DNA of 63,985 nt, filler included, from Stramenopiles sp. TOSAG23-3 (taxonomy: Eukaryota), in the NCBI GenBank assembly GCA_900128585.1. It is 11 parts of 11 records of this genome, joined end to end, with 100 filler letters (N's around TTAATTAATTAA, not from the genome) between each part and the next. Parts side by side here need not be neighbours in the genome. Positions count along the whole stretch, not along the records: positions 5,900 to 11,697 come from LT643433.1; positions 11,798 to 17,594 come from LT643434.1; positions 17,695 to 23,490 come from LT643435.1; 8 more parts are not named here. One strand, given 5' to 3'. The translations under genes were made by a program, and so were the position numbers. Shown piece by piece: positions 11,115-22,487 of the stretch. Each line of letters opens with the position of its first letter. The first letter of the stretch is position 1. Below the pieces are notes generated by a model, which searched no databases, was not told the origin of the DNA, and worked only from the letters and a program-made list of their open reading frames with translations.

Positions 11115-11593
11115 TAAAAGTAAGACACTAATTACAAAGACGTCACTCGCGATTGTACAACGGCTAGGCTTGCGTGGTCTCGCGGTCATGTTAGAAGACA
11201 TGTTAGTTGAGAAAGATGATAAGGCGACGGAAAGTGATGGCAAGGGCATCAAAGATCACCCGTCTCTTAAAATTGGACGTTGGTTGGAGGTGCATCCTCG
11301 CTTGGCGTAGTCCTTCCTCCTCCACTTCCGCTTCTGCTTCTGCGCTGCCCGCCTCTCCGTCTGTGGTGTGGTCACCTGGGAGGATTTAGAGGATTTAGGA
11401 ATCATTGACCCCATTCCCCACAGCGCTCTCTGTTGTGCACTGTGTTTCGGACAATAGAATTGATTATGCATTACGCTTACAAGAACGGAGAATGGAAAGA
11501 GGAGGAAACAAATTAATGAAAATGGCAATGGTGCAAAAAAAAATATAAAAGTAAGACACTAATTACAAAGACGTCACTGGCGATTGTACAACG
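11115..11593 (+). repeat. 48-bp direct repeat pair (11115-11162 and 11546-11593)
   Basis: TAAAAGTAAGACACTAATTACAAAGACGTCACT(C/G)GCGATTGTACAACG, one mismatch between the copies. Confidence 0.9.
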
Positions 11594-11697
11594 TTGTCTC
11601 AAATTGAAAGTGACGCGAGGCCATCGCTGCTGGGTATCAATGAACTGGAAACCTTGAGGAGGGCGTTCTTTTGCTTTACATTGGGGGCTGGTTTGTG

Positions 11698-11797
11698 NNN
11701 NNNNNNNNNNNNNNNNNNNNNNNNNNNNNNNNNNNNNNNNNTTAATTAATTAANNNNNNNNNNNNNNNNNNNNNNNNNNNNNNNNNNNNNNNNNNNN
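11698..11797. other. Artificial contig-joining spacer
   Basis: N44-TTAATTAATTAA-N44. Confidence 0.99.
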
Positions 11798-12845
11798 TTT
11801 TGTCGTCGGGGATATCGTAAAATACGAGGAGTCCTCGTACATATAATACAGACAAATATTCCTTAATATATTTATTATTACATATCTTAAATATCGAGAC
11901 TAAGGTATAAATGGTCTTTTTGAAATGGTCTCTGTTTTAATTACAGCTAATGTAGAGAAGTGGAGTACAGCTACGGTATGTACATTGTACGTGCAGCACT
12001 CTCTTTCAAAATCTTTTAATTTAATTTTTTATATAATTATTTACTACCAGGCACGTAATTAGTACAGGTACTGTACACAATGATCAAATGTACAGTATGT
12101 ATTTTACGATATTTGAACTTCAAGTGAATGGTCGTCAAGGAAGACAAGACAGGAAGATATTTTTTCATAAATCCGTTTCACCAATCCAATGTGCGATGAG
12201 GGCTACTACTCTAGACTCTGAAATATACTATTTTGTATAGTTTATGATATATCTATGTTTTAGATTATAAAGTATAAAACAAGGAGTCGCCACAAGACAA
12301 GATCATTCAGCTTAATTCTTCCATTATTAAATCATACTTGAGCATATGGTGTGTGTAGATAGATATAATAGATACTTTACTCCATATATAAATAGACTAA
12401 GCATAGCATTCACATTACGTACGAATATTTTCTCTTCTGTAGATAACGACTACACTATACGAACACATCACAATAGAGAGAGGTACGCTTATATAACAGT
12501 TAAACACAACGAATATCTAGATAATAATGTAAAATGATTGTGTAACTTACGTCATCACAGCATCTGACGACACGACAAAATGGTCAATACGGTATAAAAA
12601 AATGGCAATATATATATGAGAATATAATACATAATTATTTGTAGATGGCTGGATGGCTCGTCCTAGATGAATAGTTCTACAACCCATGATTGGGGGACAT
12701 TCAGAAATTACAATGTATCGAAATCCGAATCAAAACTGGAGCCTAAGAAATGACAAGTTCTCAACGTAACATCCCATAAGTACGGCATCATACTTAAAGC
12801 AATCAAAAGCAAAACACAAGTTTATTCTTCCTTCCCACAGCACCT

Positions 12846-14435
12846 ATGGTTTTATATCTACCAAAGGCTGTGCGCAAAAGCGCAGAGTTCAAATCTGCAA
12901 AACAGCGGGCCAGAGTTGGTATGGTTGTTGGTATCATGGCTATGTACATGCTGTATGTTTCAGTTAATGGGGATACAAAAGGGTCTGCTGGCACTGTTAA
13001 TGGTCGCCGGCTGAGCTCCGGTGAGACTACCTGTACTGCAGGTGACATTGGTAGTGTTATTCTCTACGCGGTCCTAATTCTCTACAGTTTTCTAGGCCTG
13101 GCCATTGTGTGCGACGACTGGTTCGTTCCAGCACTGGAAAAGATTAGCGAACAACTAAACTTGTCGGCTGATGTTGCTGGGGCAACTTTTCTTGCTGCTG
13201 GTTCTTCCGCGCCTGAGTTGTTTACTTCGATGGCAGATACGTTTGGCCCGGGAAACAACATTGGCCTCGGTACAATTGTTGGGTCCGCTATGTTCAATAT
13301 TTTAATTATTGTCGCTATGGCAGCTGCGGCTACAACACAGGTTCTAGATATTGATTGGCGCCCTGTGGTGCGCGATTGTGGCTTTTACAGCTTGTCTATA
13401 CTTGAGTTAGTCGTTTTCTTCGATGACGGACAAATATTGTGGTGGGAAGGATTAGTAATGACACTCACGTACGGGCTTTACATTACGTTTATGATTTTCA
13501 ATGAAAAAATATTCTCAAAGTGTGCTACAAAAAAAGCTGTAGTGCCAACAGAGGACGAAGAGTACCAGCCCGGACGTCGAGAGTCGACACATGATCACAA
13601 AGGCCTGTTCCAAGGAGCTGACCGCCAAGCTAAATTACCTGATGGCACTGTCGTTCAAATGGAAGATGGAAAGGTTGCAGCCAACCCGGGCGATGTTCAG
13701 CCAGAAGAGAATAACGCAGAAGAAGAGGAAGAGAGCTACTGGCACCGCTTTGATTTTCCTAAAGAAGGCGGGAAAATGGATCAAGTACTGTGGGTATTTT
13801 CTGTTCCCTTCTATGCTCTTTTTTCAATAATTCCAGACTGCAGCCATTCAAAATGTGAAAAATACTATCTCATGACATTTATCTTATCGATTGGTGCAAT
13901 CGGCGGATTGTGCCACGTAATGGTCGTTTTTGCCTCAGGCATAGGCTGTATTTTGCAGATTGACCCCTTCATTATGGGTACTATGGTGCTCGCAGTTGGG
14001 ACAAGCGTCCCCGATGCTTTGGGCTCTATGATTGTTGCTCGAGCAGGCGAAGCAGATATGGCAATTGCTAACGCGGTGGGATCAAATGTATTTGATATAC
14101 TGTTAGGTCTAGGATTTCCATGGTTTCTCAAAGGGCTTATGTTTCCAGAGCAGCATATCACAGTAAGAAAGTGCGGGAGCTTCAATGCTGTCATAATCCT
14201 CTTTTCAACAGTAATTCTGTTCTTCCTTATTTTGATAGTCAATAAATGGAAAATGACAAACAAACTGGGAAGCTCCTTTATTGTGCTCTATGTGCTCTAC
14301 ATGATTTACAACATCCTGAAAGCAACAGGCACGATTGATGAATCAGCGGGCTGTGCAGAACCATACTGCGCAAGGTTCCCTGATGCAACTATAGCGATGT
14401 GTCCGCCAGTTGTTGCTAACTCGACCAGACTTTAG
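12846..14435 (+). CDS. K+-dependent Na+/Ca2+ exchanger (NCKX/SLC24 family)
   Basis: Alpha-1 repeat DVAGATFLAAGSSAPELF...GTIVGSAMFNIL and alpha-2 repeat LAVGTSVPDA...NAVGSNVFDILLGLG. Two TM clusters with an acidic loop between them. Confidence 0.94.
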   Translation: MVLYLPKAVRKSAEFKSAKQRARVGMVVGIMAMYMLYVSVNGDTKGSAGTVNGRRLSSGETTCTAGDIGSVILYAVLILYSFLGLAIVCDDWFVPALEKISEQLNLSADVAGATFLAAGSSAPELFTSMADTFGPGNNIGLGTIVGSAMFNILIIVAMAAAATTQVLDIDWRPVVRDCGFYSLSILELVVFFDDGQILWWEGLVMTLTYGLYITFMIFNEKIFSKCATKKAVVPTEDEEYQPGRRESTHDHKGLFQGADRQAKLPDGTVVQMEDGKVAANPGDVQPEENNAEEEEESYWHRFDFPKEGGKMDQVLWVFSVPFYALFSIIPDCSHSKCEKYYLMTFILSIGAIGGLCHVMVVFASGIGCILQIDPFIMGTMVLAVGTSVPDALGSMIVARAGEADMAIANAVGSNVFDILLGLGFPWFLKGLMFPEQHITVRKCGSFNAVIILFSTVILFFLILIVNKWKMTNKLGSSFIVLYVLYMIYNILKATGTIDESAGCAEPYCARFPDATIAMCPPVVANSTRL

Positions 14436-14595
14436 GGCTGAGTCACAGAAAACGAGCGCCCAAAAGTTATAAGAACGAATCACGTGTGAAAGTTACTTCT
14501 TCGGTTAAACATATCCGTATTAGGGTCATAACACTAAGAGAGAGCTATTTCTCAGTTTATCTAATTAGATTTAAACACTATATAATTTGTTTTTT

Positions 14596-15648
14596 AAACA
14601 AGAAATAAAGGGCGCTGTTATTTACAAAGTAGTATATAATAATTTGTTTTTACAAAGTAGTAGGTTACACTGATTCGGATCATGCATGGAGTACACAATG
14701 AAATGATAGTCAAGACTTAGTGACAAGGGTGTGTTGATTACTAAAATTCACAACAGTAGAGATCAGTTCGTAGTACACTAATTTTAATTATTTAAATAAC
14801 AGCCACTCACTGATTCGGATCACTGCATGGAGTACATATGAAAATGATAGTCAAGATTAAGTGACAAGGATATATTGATTTACTAAAATCACACCATTAG
14901 AGTTCAGTTCGCAGAACATTAATTTTAATTACTTAAAACGGGCACGCCAACGAACCACACCCACCGCACCGCCGACCGAAAATGACACAAACGACCCTCC
15001 CCCGACATCCCAACTCACAGATGACAATCCCTTGACTGATTTACAAGGCAGACAACGAGCACCTCTAAAACAATTACGCCGCTGCTTTGAAAATCACACA
15101 AGGAATGAGACACCGGATGAGGAAGTTGATTATGGGTCATCTGGAACCATTGCTAATCCACCTACCGATTCAGATCATGCATGGAGTACATCTGAGATTG
15201 ATAACTAAAACTAAGTGACAAGGGTGTATCGATCAGTAAAACCACAAGAGCAAGGATAAGTTCGCAGTACATGAAGGAATGTAAACCTCGAATGTTTATT
15301 AGATTTCAGTTCGCAGTACATTAATTTTAATTACTTAAATAACAGCCAATTTTCTTGATTACTTTAATTATTTAAATAACAGTCAATTTTTTGTTTTTCA
15401 AATTGAAACATTTACTTTAAAAAAACAAAAACTGTTACATTTACTTAAAATAATTTTAGATAAACTGAAAAACAAAAAATTGGCCCTGTTATTGAATTTT
15501 TTTTTAAACAAGAAAATCGGCTGTTATTTAAGTAATTAAAATTATGTAATGCGAACTGAACTCTACTGTGTGAATTTAGTAATTATTATATCCTTGTCAC
15601 TTTAGTCTTGACTAAGGTATCATTTTCATATGTACTCCAGCCCATGCA
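14596..15648. repeat. Cluster of repeat family B (~140-bp units, tandem and inverted)
   Basis: Direct units at 14668-14804, 14808-14937 and 15164-15357, and an inverted unit at 15506-15648. Core: GATTCGGATCATGCATGGAGTACA...TGATAGTCAAGACTAAGTGACAAGG...CAGTTCGCAGTACATTAATTTTAATTACTTAAATAACAGCC. Confidence 0.9.
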
Positions 15649-15841
15649 CGTAGGTTTTTTTTAAACGCGTACTCTGGCAAAAGGAGCGGATTCACTTTCG
15701 CGGTTGGTATATGAAGAAGATAAATTTTAATTTACTTTTTAAGAAACAGCCAAATTTTTTGTGAATTAAATCGAACTCTACGGCCAATTTGTTGTTTATG
15801 TTAAACACGTACTCCTATAAAAATGCAGTTTTGGTTTTTTC

Positions 15842-16972
15842 TTATACGAATTTTCCGCCCACTATACTTGCGAAGACTATTGCCCCTAAAATATTGTTTG
15901 AGCGAAATCTATCGTTCAAATTCAATCGATTGTTCAAGTCTGCTGTCTTTATTTGCCACAAAAGATGAGCCGCTGCAGTGGCAAGGCCAGACTTAAATAC
16001 AATGCTATCTTCCAAGCCAGCACTATAACCCGAAATCCCTAAAGAAAGTATCATTAAGCTAGCAAAGCCACTAGCGTAGACGCTCGTAGAATCACCCCAT
16101 GCTAGAGCCGTAGATTTTAGTCCTAGTTTAGAATCATCGGCTTTGTCTTGATGGGCATACCAAGTATCATAAACCATTGTCCATGATATTCCGGATAGAT
16201 ACAGAGGGGCAACAATGGACCAGTCACAATCTCCGTGAATTGCTGACCACCCCAATAATGCTCCCCAATTAAATGCCAGACCAAGGACAAGCTGCGGGTA
16301 AAATGTGATCCTCTTAAACAAAGGATACGTAGCAACTAGTGCAAGAGATGACACGCCAAGGCCTATAGAATAATCATTCAGTTGCAGAAGAATTCCAAGG
16401 CCCAAACCCAACTGGCCTCCAAGGAAAGATATTGCTTGGGGCAAAGAAATTGCGCCAGTTGCCAAAGGCCGGTTCTTTGTCCGCTCTACTTTTTTGTCAA
16501 AATCTTTGTCCCATATGTCATTAATCGTACAACCAGCACCGCGCATAATAAATGCACCTGTGCCGAACAAAGCCAACGTCCACCAATCTGGCAACGACTG
16601 GGTCGGTGCAGCTAAAGCAATGCTCCAAGAACACGGCCAAAATAGTAAAAGAGTCCCGATAGGACGATCTACACGTATTATTTTCAAGTATGGTCGAAGT
16701 GCTGGAAAAACATACTTGTCTACCCAAGTAAAGTCCTGGTCGCCATACAGACCATTACGGTCGTCTTGTTCGACGCTCGAAAAATGCCTTGGGTTCGATG
16801 AGTATTTTTTCCCGCAAATACGTGGAAGTGCTGCATCACGTCGAAGTTTGCGGTTTTGTCCTGCGCCTACAGGACCATTCACGAGCGCTCCAGGGGTTGG
16901 AAGGCAAAATACGGAGCCCTTGAACAACCGAGATTTTACAATCGAGCGACGGGCAAGACGGCGAGGTAGCAT
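15842..16972 (-). CDS. COQ2: 4-hydroxybenzoate polyprenyltransferase, mitochondrial
   Basis: The first ATG at 16972 (MLPRRLARRS) gives an Arg-rich transit peptide. RVDRPIGTLLLFWPC, MRGAGCTINDIWDKDFDKKVERTKNRPLA, YDTWYAHQDKADD (UbiA Asp-rich motifs). Confidence 0.96.
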   Translation of the reverse strand: MLPRRLARRSIVKSRLFKGSVFCLPTPGALVNGPVGAGQNRKLRRDAALPRICGKKYSSNPRHFSSVEQDDRNGLYGDQDFTWVDKYVFPALRPYLKIIRVDRPIGTLLLFWPCSWSIALAAPTQSLPDWWTLALFGTGAFIMRGAGCTINDIWDKDFDKKVERTKNRPLATGAISLPQAISFLGGQLGLGLGILLQLNDYSIGLGVSSLALVATYPLFKRITFYPQLVLGLAFNWGALLGWSAIHGDCDWSIVAPLYLSGISWTMVYDTWYAHQDKADDSKLGLKSTALAWGDSTSVYASGFASLMILSLGISGYSAGLEDSIVFKSGLATAAAHLLWQIKTADLNNRLNLNDRFRSNNILGAIVFASIVGGKFV

Positions 16973-17594
16973 TTCTAACCGCGTTAAAATGGCTAAACCA
17001 ATGCCCTTGTTTATTAGCGAAGTGAATATGAACGTCACCGCCGATAAAGTGGTACTTAGTGGTGCTTATGAGCACAGATGCAGAGCAGAAACAGCAGTTA
17101 ACGTCATTGAGCAGATATTCCAAACAGTTTTCATCTTCGTTTGTGAAACAGTAATAATTATGAATAACAACAAACACAGGTAAAAAAATTAGTTGTGCTG
17201 CGCGCGTCGTTGCATTCATTCATCATTCATTATTAAAATTATAAAACGCGCGCAAAAAAAAGGTTCTTTTTTCATCGAAATTTTCTTTTTTAATTAATAA
17301 TAGCTGCTGTTGCCTGTTCCAAAAAAAATTACTTTTACCATAGCCGCTCATTATTATTATATATGATTTTTTCTTCATTTTAATATCTCAGTTAAGTTAC
17401 TAAAAGGAAGGACATCTTTTTTCCGGTGATGTGCGAGTGTTGTTATAACAAAAAGCAAAAACAAATTTTATAGTACTTCCTTCGCATTACACTATTTGTA
17501 TTTTAAATTTTACTCTAACGCCGTTTGAAGAATATCCTGAAACATTTCTGTCTTCTCTTCCGTGTATTCTATCCATTTGGGCACGGGCAACCCG

Positions 17595-17694
17595 NNNNNN
17601 NNNNNNNNNNNNNNNNNNNNNNNNNNNNNNNNNNNNNNTTAATTAATTAANNNNNNNNNNNNNNNNNNNNNNNNNNNNNNNNNNNNNNNNNNNN
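17595..17694. other. Artificial contig-joining spacer
   Basis: N44-TTAATTAATTAA-N44. Confidence 0.99.
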
Positions 17695-19560
17695 AAATTG
17701 AAGAAACATTTGGACATCTATAATGCCATTTCCCCTCGCGTCGAGCATGCTAAGAAAATCGGCCAATTCGCGTCCTTTGAGTATGTTCAGACCCAGGCCA
17801 CAATCTAACAGCAATTGCACAAACTCTGCAATTGGTTGCCCCCGCTTGAGTTCTCTTGCAGTAAACAAGCCTTCGATATCGATGTTGTGGTGGGATATTC
17901 CTGCTAACATTCGTTCGTGAATACTATGGAGCTCGTCCATGGTCAACCCCGGGCCATCGTTCGAGTTGTCCGCTTGGACGCTCGGGGTCAGCGGAATTTC
18001 TGGCCGTTGGCCAGTAGACCCGGCACTGGAATCCAACGGGAAGTCGTCGTATCGGATTACCGGTTGGGCCTCGTCTTTCCTTCTCGGCACTTGGTCAGCC
18101 CTAGCTGCCACGATTTCGTTTGTGCCCCTATCTCTTCGTATTGGGGCACCGCTGGGCGGCGCCAGGGCCCGCAGCGAGTCCTCCATAGCGACTGCTATAG
18201 AGTTCATAATCTCATCGTCGCTTTGTCGTACGGCCGATCGCACCGGGCCCCGGGCAGCGTTTGTACTCGGGCCCGTTTGCATGGGCGATTCTTGCCGAAC
18301 TTGCGCATTCCCTTCTATCGACGCCAAGAGCTTGGACTCAACGGTCTCCTGGAGCGTTTCGTTCTCCGACTTTAATCGTCGGCGCTCCTTTTCCAACTCC
18401 TCGACCTTGCTCTCCAACGATTTTGTTCTCGCTTGGAGCATCTTTTCTTTCCGGTCGAACCCTGTCATTTTCTCGCTGACTCGGACGAACTCTTGAGTAA
18501 TCTTTCTCAACGAGGCCCCGTGGAGTTCCTCTTCTTGCTTCCTGGAGCTCGCTATTTTGTCTGCAATCTCTCGGGCGATCCGATCGTTGGTGAACATGAC
18601 CCAGTGGTCGTATGCCCGCTGGACTTTTCTGGCCCTCCAGACCTTTTCTACTGCAGCGCACTGCAGCATGCCACGCATAACACTCAGGTGTCTTTTGGGA
18701 ACGACATTCTCGTCCGCGCTCAATGGCGGGGAGGTCGTATTTGCTCGGTTTGAGAGTTCACCTTTCGCCGTGTTTACTGTCTCGCTTGGCCCCAGCCGCG
18801 CGGCCACAGCTGCCGATGGTTCAAACGTAGCGTACGATTTCCTCGGCACTGCCGCTTTCTCTGGACCCGAAGAGGCCACTTGCGGCGACCCTGGCTGAAG
18901 CTGCAGGAAGCTACCTGTTGAGGACAAGGGAATAGCCTGCGGCTCGTTGGGGCCGGCAGCCTCTTTTTCGACTGAAAGATTGATCGTCGGCCGCCCTGGA
19001 CCCTGTTTTACTTTTTTCTGCACAGGTGGACTGCCACTCACTTCTGTCGCAGTAAGGTGGGCGAAGATTTCGTCGAACGCGATTCTATTTTGTTCAGGGT
19101 TGGAAGACGGGAAGGAGGCTGCGGCGGGCCGGTGGCGAGGGGCCCCCGAGGAGGGTGGCGACGCGGAAACGGTTCGGATTACGCTGTTTTCTGTTTTGAA
19201 CAGCTTGTTCTTCAGGCTGTCGTCTCCGACACTCCTAGGTCGCATCTGGTACGTAGAGCTAGGCTTAAACACACTGTTGGTGGGCTTCGGGCTGCCGCGA
19301 AGAGCAGCAGAGGACTGACTTTTCGGCAGAGCTTTCTGCCCCCCCGGCGTTGCAGTTTTGGGGAGGCCGGTGTTTTTCGTCGGGCCGAAGGGGGGGTCCT
19401 CCGTGGCCTTCCGGACGGGTGGCCCCTTCGGCTCATGGGAAGGCTGCGTTTGAAACTGCGCCTGAAGATACGACTGAACAGAATCTATTTTTTTTTCATT
19501 GCTGTCGCCGGAACCACCCCCTTGCCCCTGCTGCGCGTTCGTACCCGGCTCTGTGTTCAT
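17695..19560 (-). CDS. Coiled-coil protein with EF-hand-like motif, 3'-truncated at contig edge
   Basis: Ser/Pro-rich N-terminus, central coiled coil (LESKVEELEKERRRLKSENETLQE), and an EF-hand-like DARGNGIIDVQMF at the truncation point. Confidence 0.7.
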
Positions 19561-20896
19561 TTGCCACTGCTCACTGCACCGCCCACTGTTCTTCGACCAG
19601 TCGCCTGTAGTAAAATCTAAAAAACGATATTCCTAATCAACACAATATTCTTTGGAAATATATCTATGGGTTACTCTCTATTTAACTGCATGGTCCATTT
19701 TCTATTTTATCGTTGCAATGTAATAAGCTTGTAAATAATTATTTTGGCGTCTAGGAAGAAGAATTATTTAGTTTTTTGTTTTCAGAGAAAAGAAGAAGAA
19801 GATGATTTTTTTTTTAAAATTATTATTTATAATACAGTAATAATTTTTGTTTTTTAAATAATAATAAATAATAGTTGTTTTTATTCATTATAATATTACA
19901 CGTGCTACCGACCTGTTGTACAGATAGAGAAGTATTATAATAGTCTTTTTCTATAATAAATATTTATTTATATTTTATAAAAATTCTTCCGTTTCTTCAT
20001 TTTTCGTACAATTTTTTTTGTTTCATATAATATTTATAATTAATAATAAAACAGGTAATTAATTAGTATATAAATATTCTAATATAGCAATAATATAGAA
20101 GTAGTCGTTTTCTAAAATGTACGTACGTTAACGTAGTACACAAGCGATTGATTGACTCCATTGACACATTGACACTCTTCTTCTTTTTTTATAGAAGAAC
20201 AGAAGAACATAAAAAAAGAAAGAAGAAAAGAAAGATCTCTTTTTAATATAGACAGTACGACAGTACGTACTGTATTATCTATATTATAGCTATTTATACG
20301 TATTCTTTCTTATAATTTGCCAAAATAATACCTCCTTCCTTCTATAATCTAATAACAGCACAGTAGCAGCAGAGATATTATTTTTTATTTTTCTCATTAC
20401 TTATTTACTTGCCCTCCTCGTATTACATAACACCCACGCATGCATAGAAGAAGAGAAAAAAGGAAGGAAGAAAGGAAAGGAAGAAAGGAAGGAAGAAAGG
20501 AAGGAAGAAGGTGGTAATTAAGGAGAGAAGAGGAAGACACGACAATATAATGTCATTGAGAAGAAGCACAGCAGCAGCGCAGCAAATAAAAATAATAATA
20601 ATAAATAAAAAAAAGAATAATAGAATAATAGTCCTATACTCTACAGTGTAATAAATACAACAATAAAATAATGGATTATTATTATATTATTAAATTGAGA
20701 TGGTGGAAAGAAACATCATCATCATCATCACCTGCCTTCTTCTTAAATAAAAAAGTAATAGGAGGAATGCTTCTAAAAAGACCAATTGGGTGGTAAATAT
20801 TAAAAGTGACATTGCGATTTTCAAATTTCTATTTATTCTTTCGTTTGTAAAGTTTCGTGTCTTGATTAATTTTTCTTGGAACCAAAGGTCGTGACG

Positions 20897-22087
20897 ATGA
20901 AGATACCATTTTTCTCTGTCGTGTGCTCACTCCTGTACCTTCTTCAGTGCGCCTCTGGGCAAAAGGACGATGGGGAGTGTACGGAGGAGAACAAGGAGCA
21001 GTGTTCGTACGACCCAAGCCGCGCGGATGTGAGGTCAAAGTTGCCGTTTCCGAAAACGGGCCTTATGCCCGGGAAGCCTTTCCCACGGGTGCACGTGGAC
21101 GATTTGTACAAGCCGGAAAACGAAGACTACTTGTACCGCAGGAAGACTTTTGTCCTGACGGGGGCAGCGGACGACTGGACGGCCGTCTCGGAAAAGTTTT
21201 TGCAAGGCGGGAAGCGGTTGGCGAAATGGTTCCCCCGCGCCGTGGTCGATTTTTACCCGATGAACATGTTGCAGACCGGCAGCCACCCATATCTGTTTCG
21301 GATGAAGCAGGGCTACGAGGAACTTATCCTCGAGCCAGGGAAGGGGCGCTTCGGCAAGGAGGAGGTTAGCGAGGCCCGCGGGAACACGGGGAAGTACTTG
21401 CACATGCAGCTCACGTCGAAGGCTTGGAAGAAGATTCGTTCCTCTGGGGCGCTGGGGACGCCAATGCACAAGTGGTTTCGTACCGACGGTTGGATGAGGC
21501 AGTGTTTGAAGACCGAGGCAATCGTCGACGAGTACCACATCAAGACGCACTGGAAGATCATCCTCATTGGCGGCCCTGGGGCCGGAATGTTCAACCACTC
21601 GGATTCCCTGAGAACGAGCAGTTGGCACACCCACCTGGAGGGACTGAAGTGGTGGTATGTGTGCGGCGAGGACAAAGAGTACGGGTTTCAGTGCTTCGAG
21701 GACCTGTTTTACCCAGGGGACACCCTGTTCTACCCGAAGAACTACTTCCACGAGACCCAAAACATTGCGATGCCCTCGATGACGGTGACGGGGACCGTTG
21801 CGAACGGGTTCAATTACGAGTCGATTGCGACCCAGCTCCACCGGGAGTGTTCGTACAACTCGTTGAGTTTCGACCTGTCTGGCCGGCTATGCGACGCGCT
21901 GGACGATTGCTACGTGCTGTGGCACCAACGGTTTAGCGGGAACAAGAATAAGAAGGAGGCCAAGCGCGAAGCTCGCACCCGCTGGCCGAAGTGGCGGAAA
22001 CTCGCGACCAAATCTTTGAAACGGCAGCGGGACAGCCCTAGCGCCCTTGGAAACAACTACGATGGGCGGAACTACATCAACGAGTAA
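20897..22087 (+). CDS. JmjC/cupin-type 2-oxoglutarate Fe(II) oxygenase with signal peptide (JMJD6/JMJD8-like)
   Basis: First ATG 20897, MKIPFFSVVCSLLYLLQCASG (signal peptide). FVLTGAADDW; IGGPGAGMFNHSD (HxD); GLKWW; PGDTLFYPKNYFHETQN (distal His). Confidence 0.85.
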   Translation: MKIPFFSVVCSLLYLLQCASGQKDDGECTEENKEQCSYDPSRADVRSKLPFPKTGLMPGKPFPRVHVDDLYKPENEDYLYRRKTFVLTGAADDWTAVSEKFLQGGKRLAKWFPRAVVDFYPMNMLQTGSHPYLFRMKQGYEELILEPGKGRFGKEEVSEARGNTGKYLHMQLTSKAWKKIRSSGALGTPMHKWFRTDGWMRQCLKTEAIVDEYHIKTHWKIILIGGPGAGMFNHSDSLRTSSWHTHLEGLKWWYVCGEDKEYGFQCFEDLFYPGDTLFYPKNYFHETQNIAMPSMTVTGTVANGFNYESIATQLHRECSYNSLSFDLSGRLCDALDDCYVLWHQRFSGNKNKKEAKREARTRWPKWRKLATKSLKRQRDSPSALGNNYDGRNYINE

Positions 22088-22487
22088 GGTGGTAAGCTCT
22101 CTTGTGTGTATGATACGGGAGGCGAGGGCGCTCCTGTAGTATGGAGGGGAACTGATATTTACAAAGGCTTTTAAGATTTATTTTTGTGCGTATATTATTT
22201 TTAAATAATACTATAATTTGTTTTTAAATAAGACTCGTAAGCTTTAGCATTTAAAAACTTCTCTTCTTACTCCGCTCGTTCCGTGAATTTGCGTTTTTCT
22301 TCGTGCCAAGGCACCACCGATGACTTCGTGCCTATCCTAGCATTTGCAGAAAAACGCATCTCTCTACCACTCTCCTAAATAACTTAAGCATTCTTTTTTG
22401 CGCCCAGCCTGCTGCGGGCAGGCGGGCGGCGCGACACCTCCCCTTTCGTGCCGTCCACTTTATCTAACAGTTTCGCCTTGACGGAAT

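Noticed and set aside
14668-15357. Possible CRISPR-like array
   Set aside because: Units are ~140 bp, diverged along their length, lack unique spacers and cas genes, and the context is eukaryotic.
21035-21841. Long antisense or overlapping ORFs (also 9953-10585, 16494-17183, 28423-29166, 43863-44693, 62902-63510)
   Set aside because: Shadows of real CDSs, explained by GC-rich codon usage or repeats; no motifs of their own.
22401-22428. GC-rich hairpin between convergent genes (terminator or SECIS?)
   Set aside because: Eukaryotic context, no SECIS core geometry, and no in-frame UGA in the adjacent genes.
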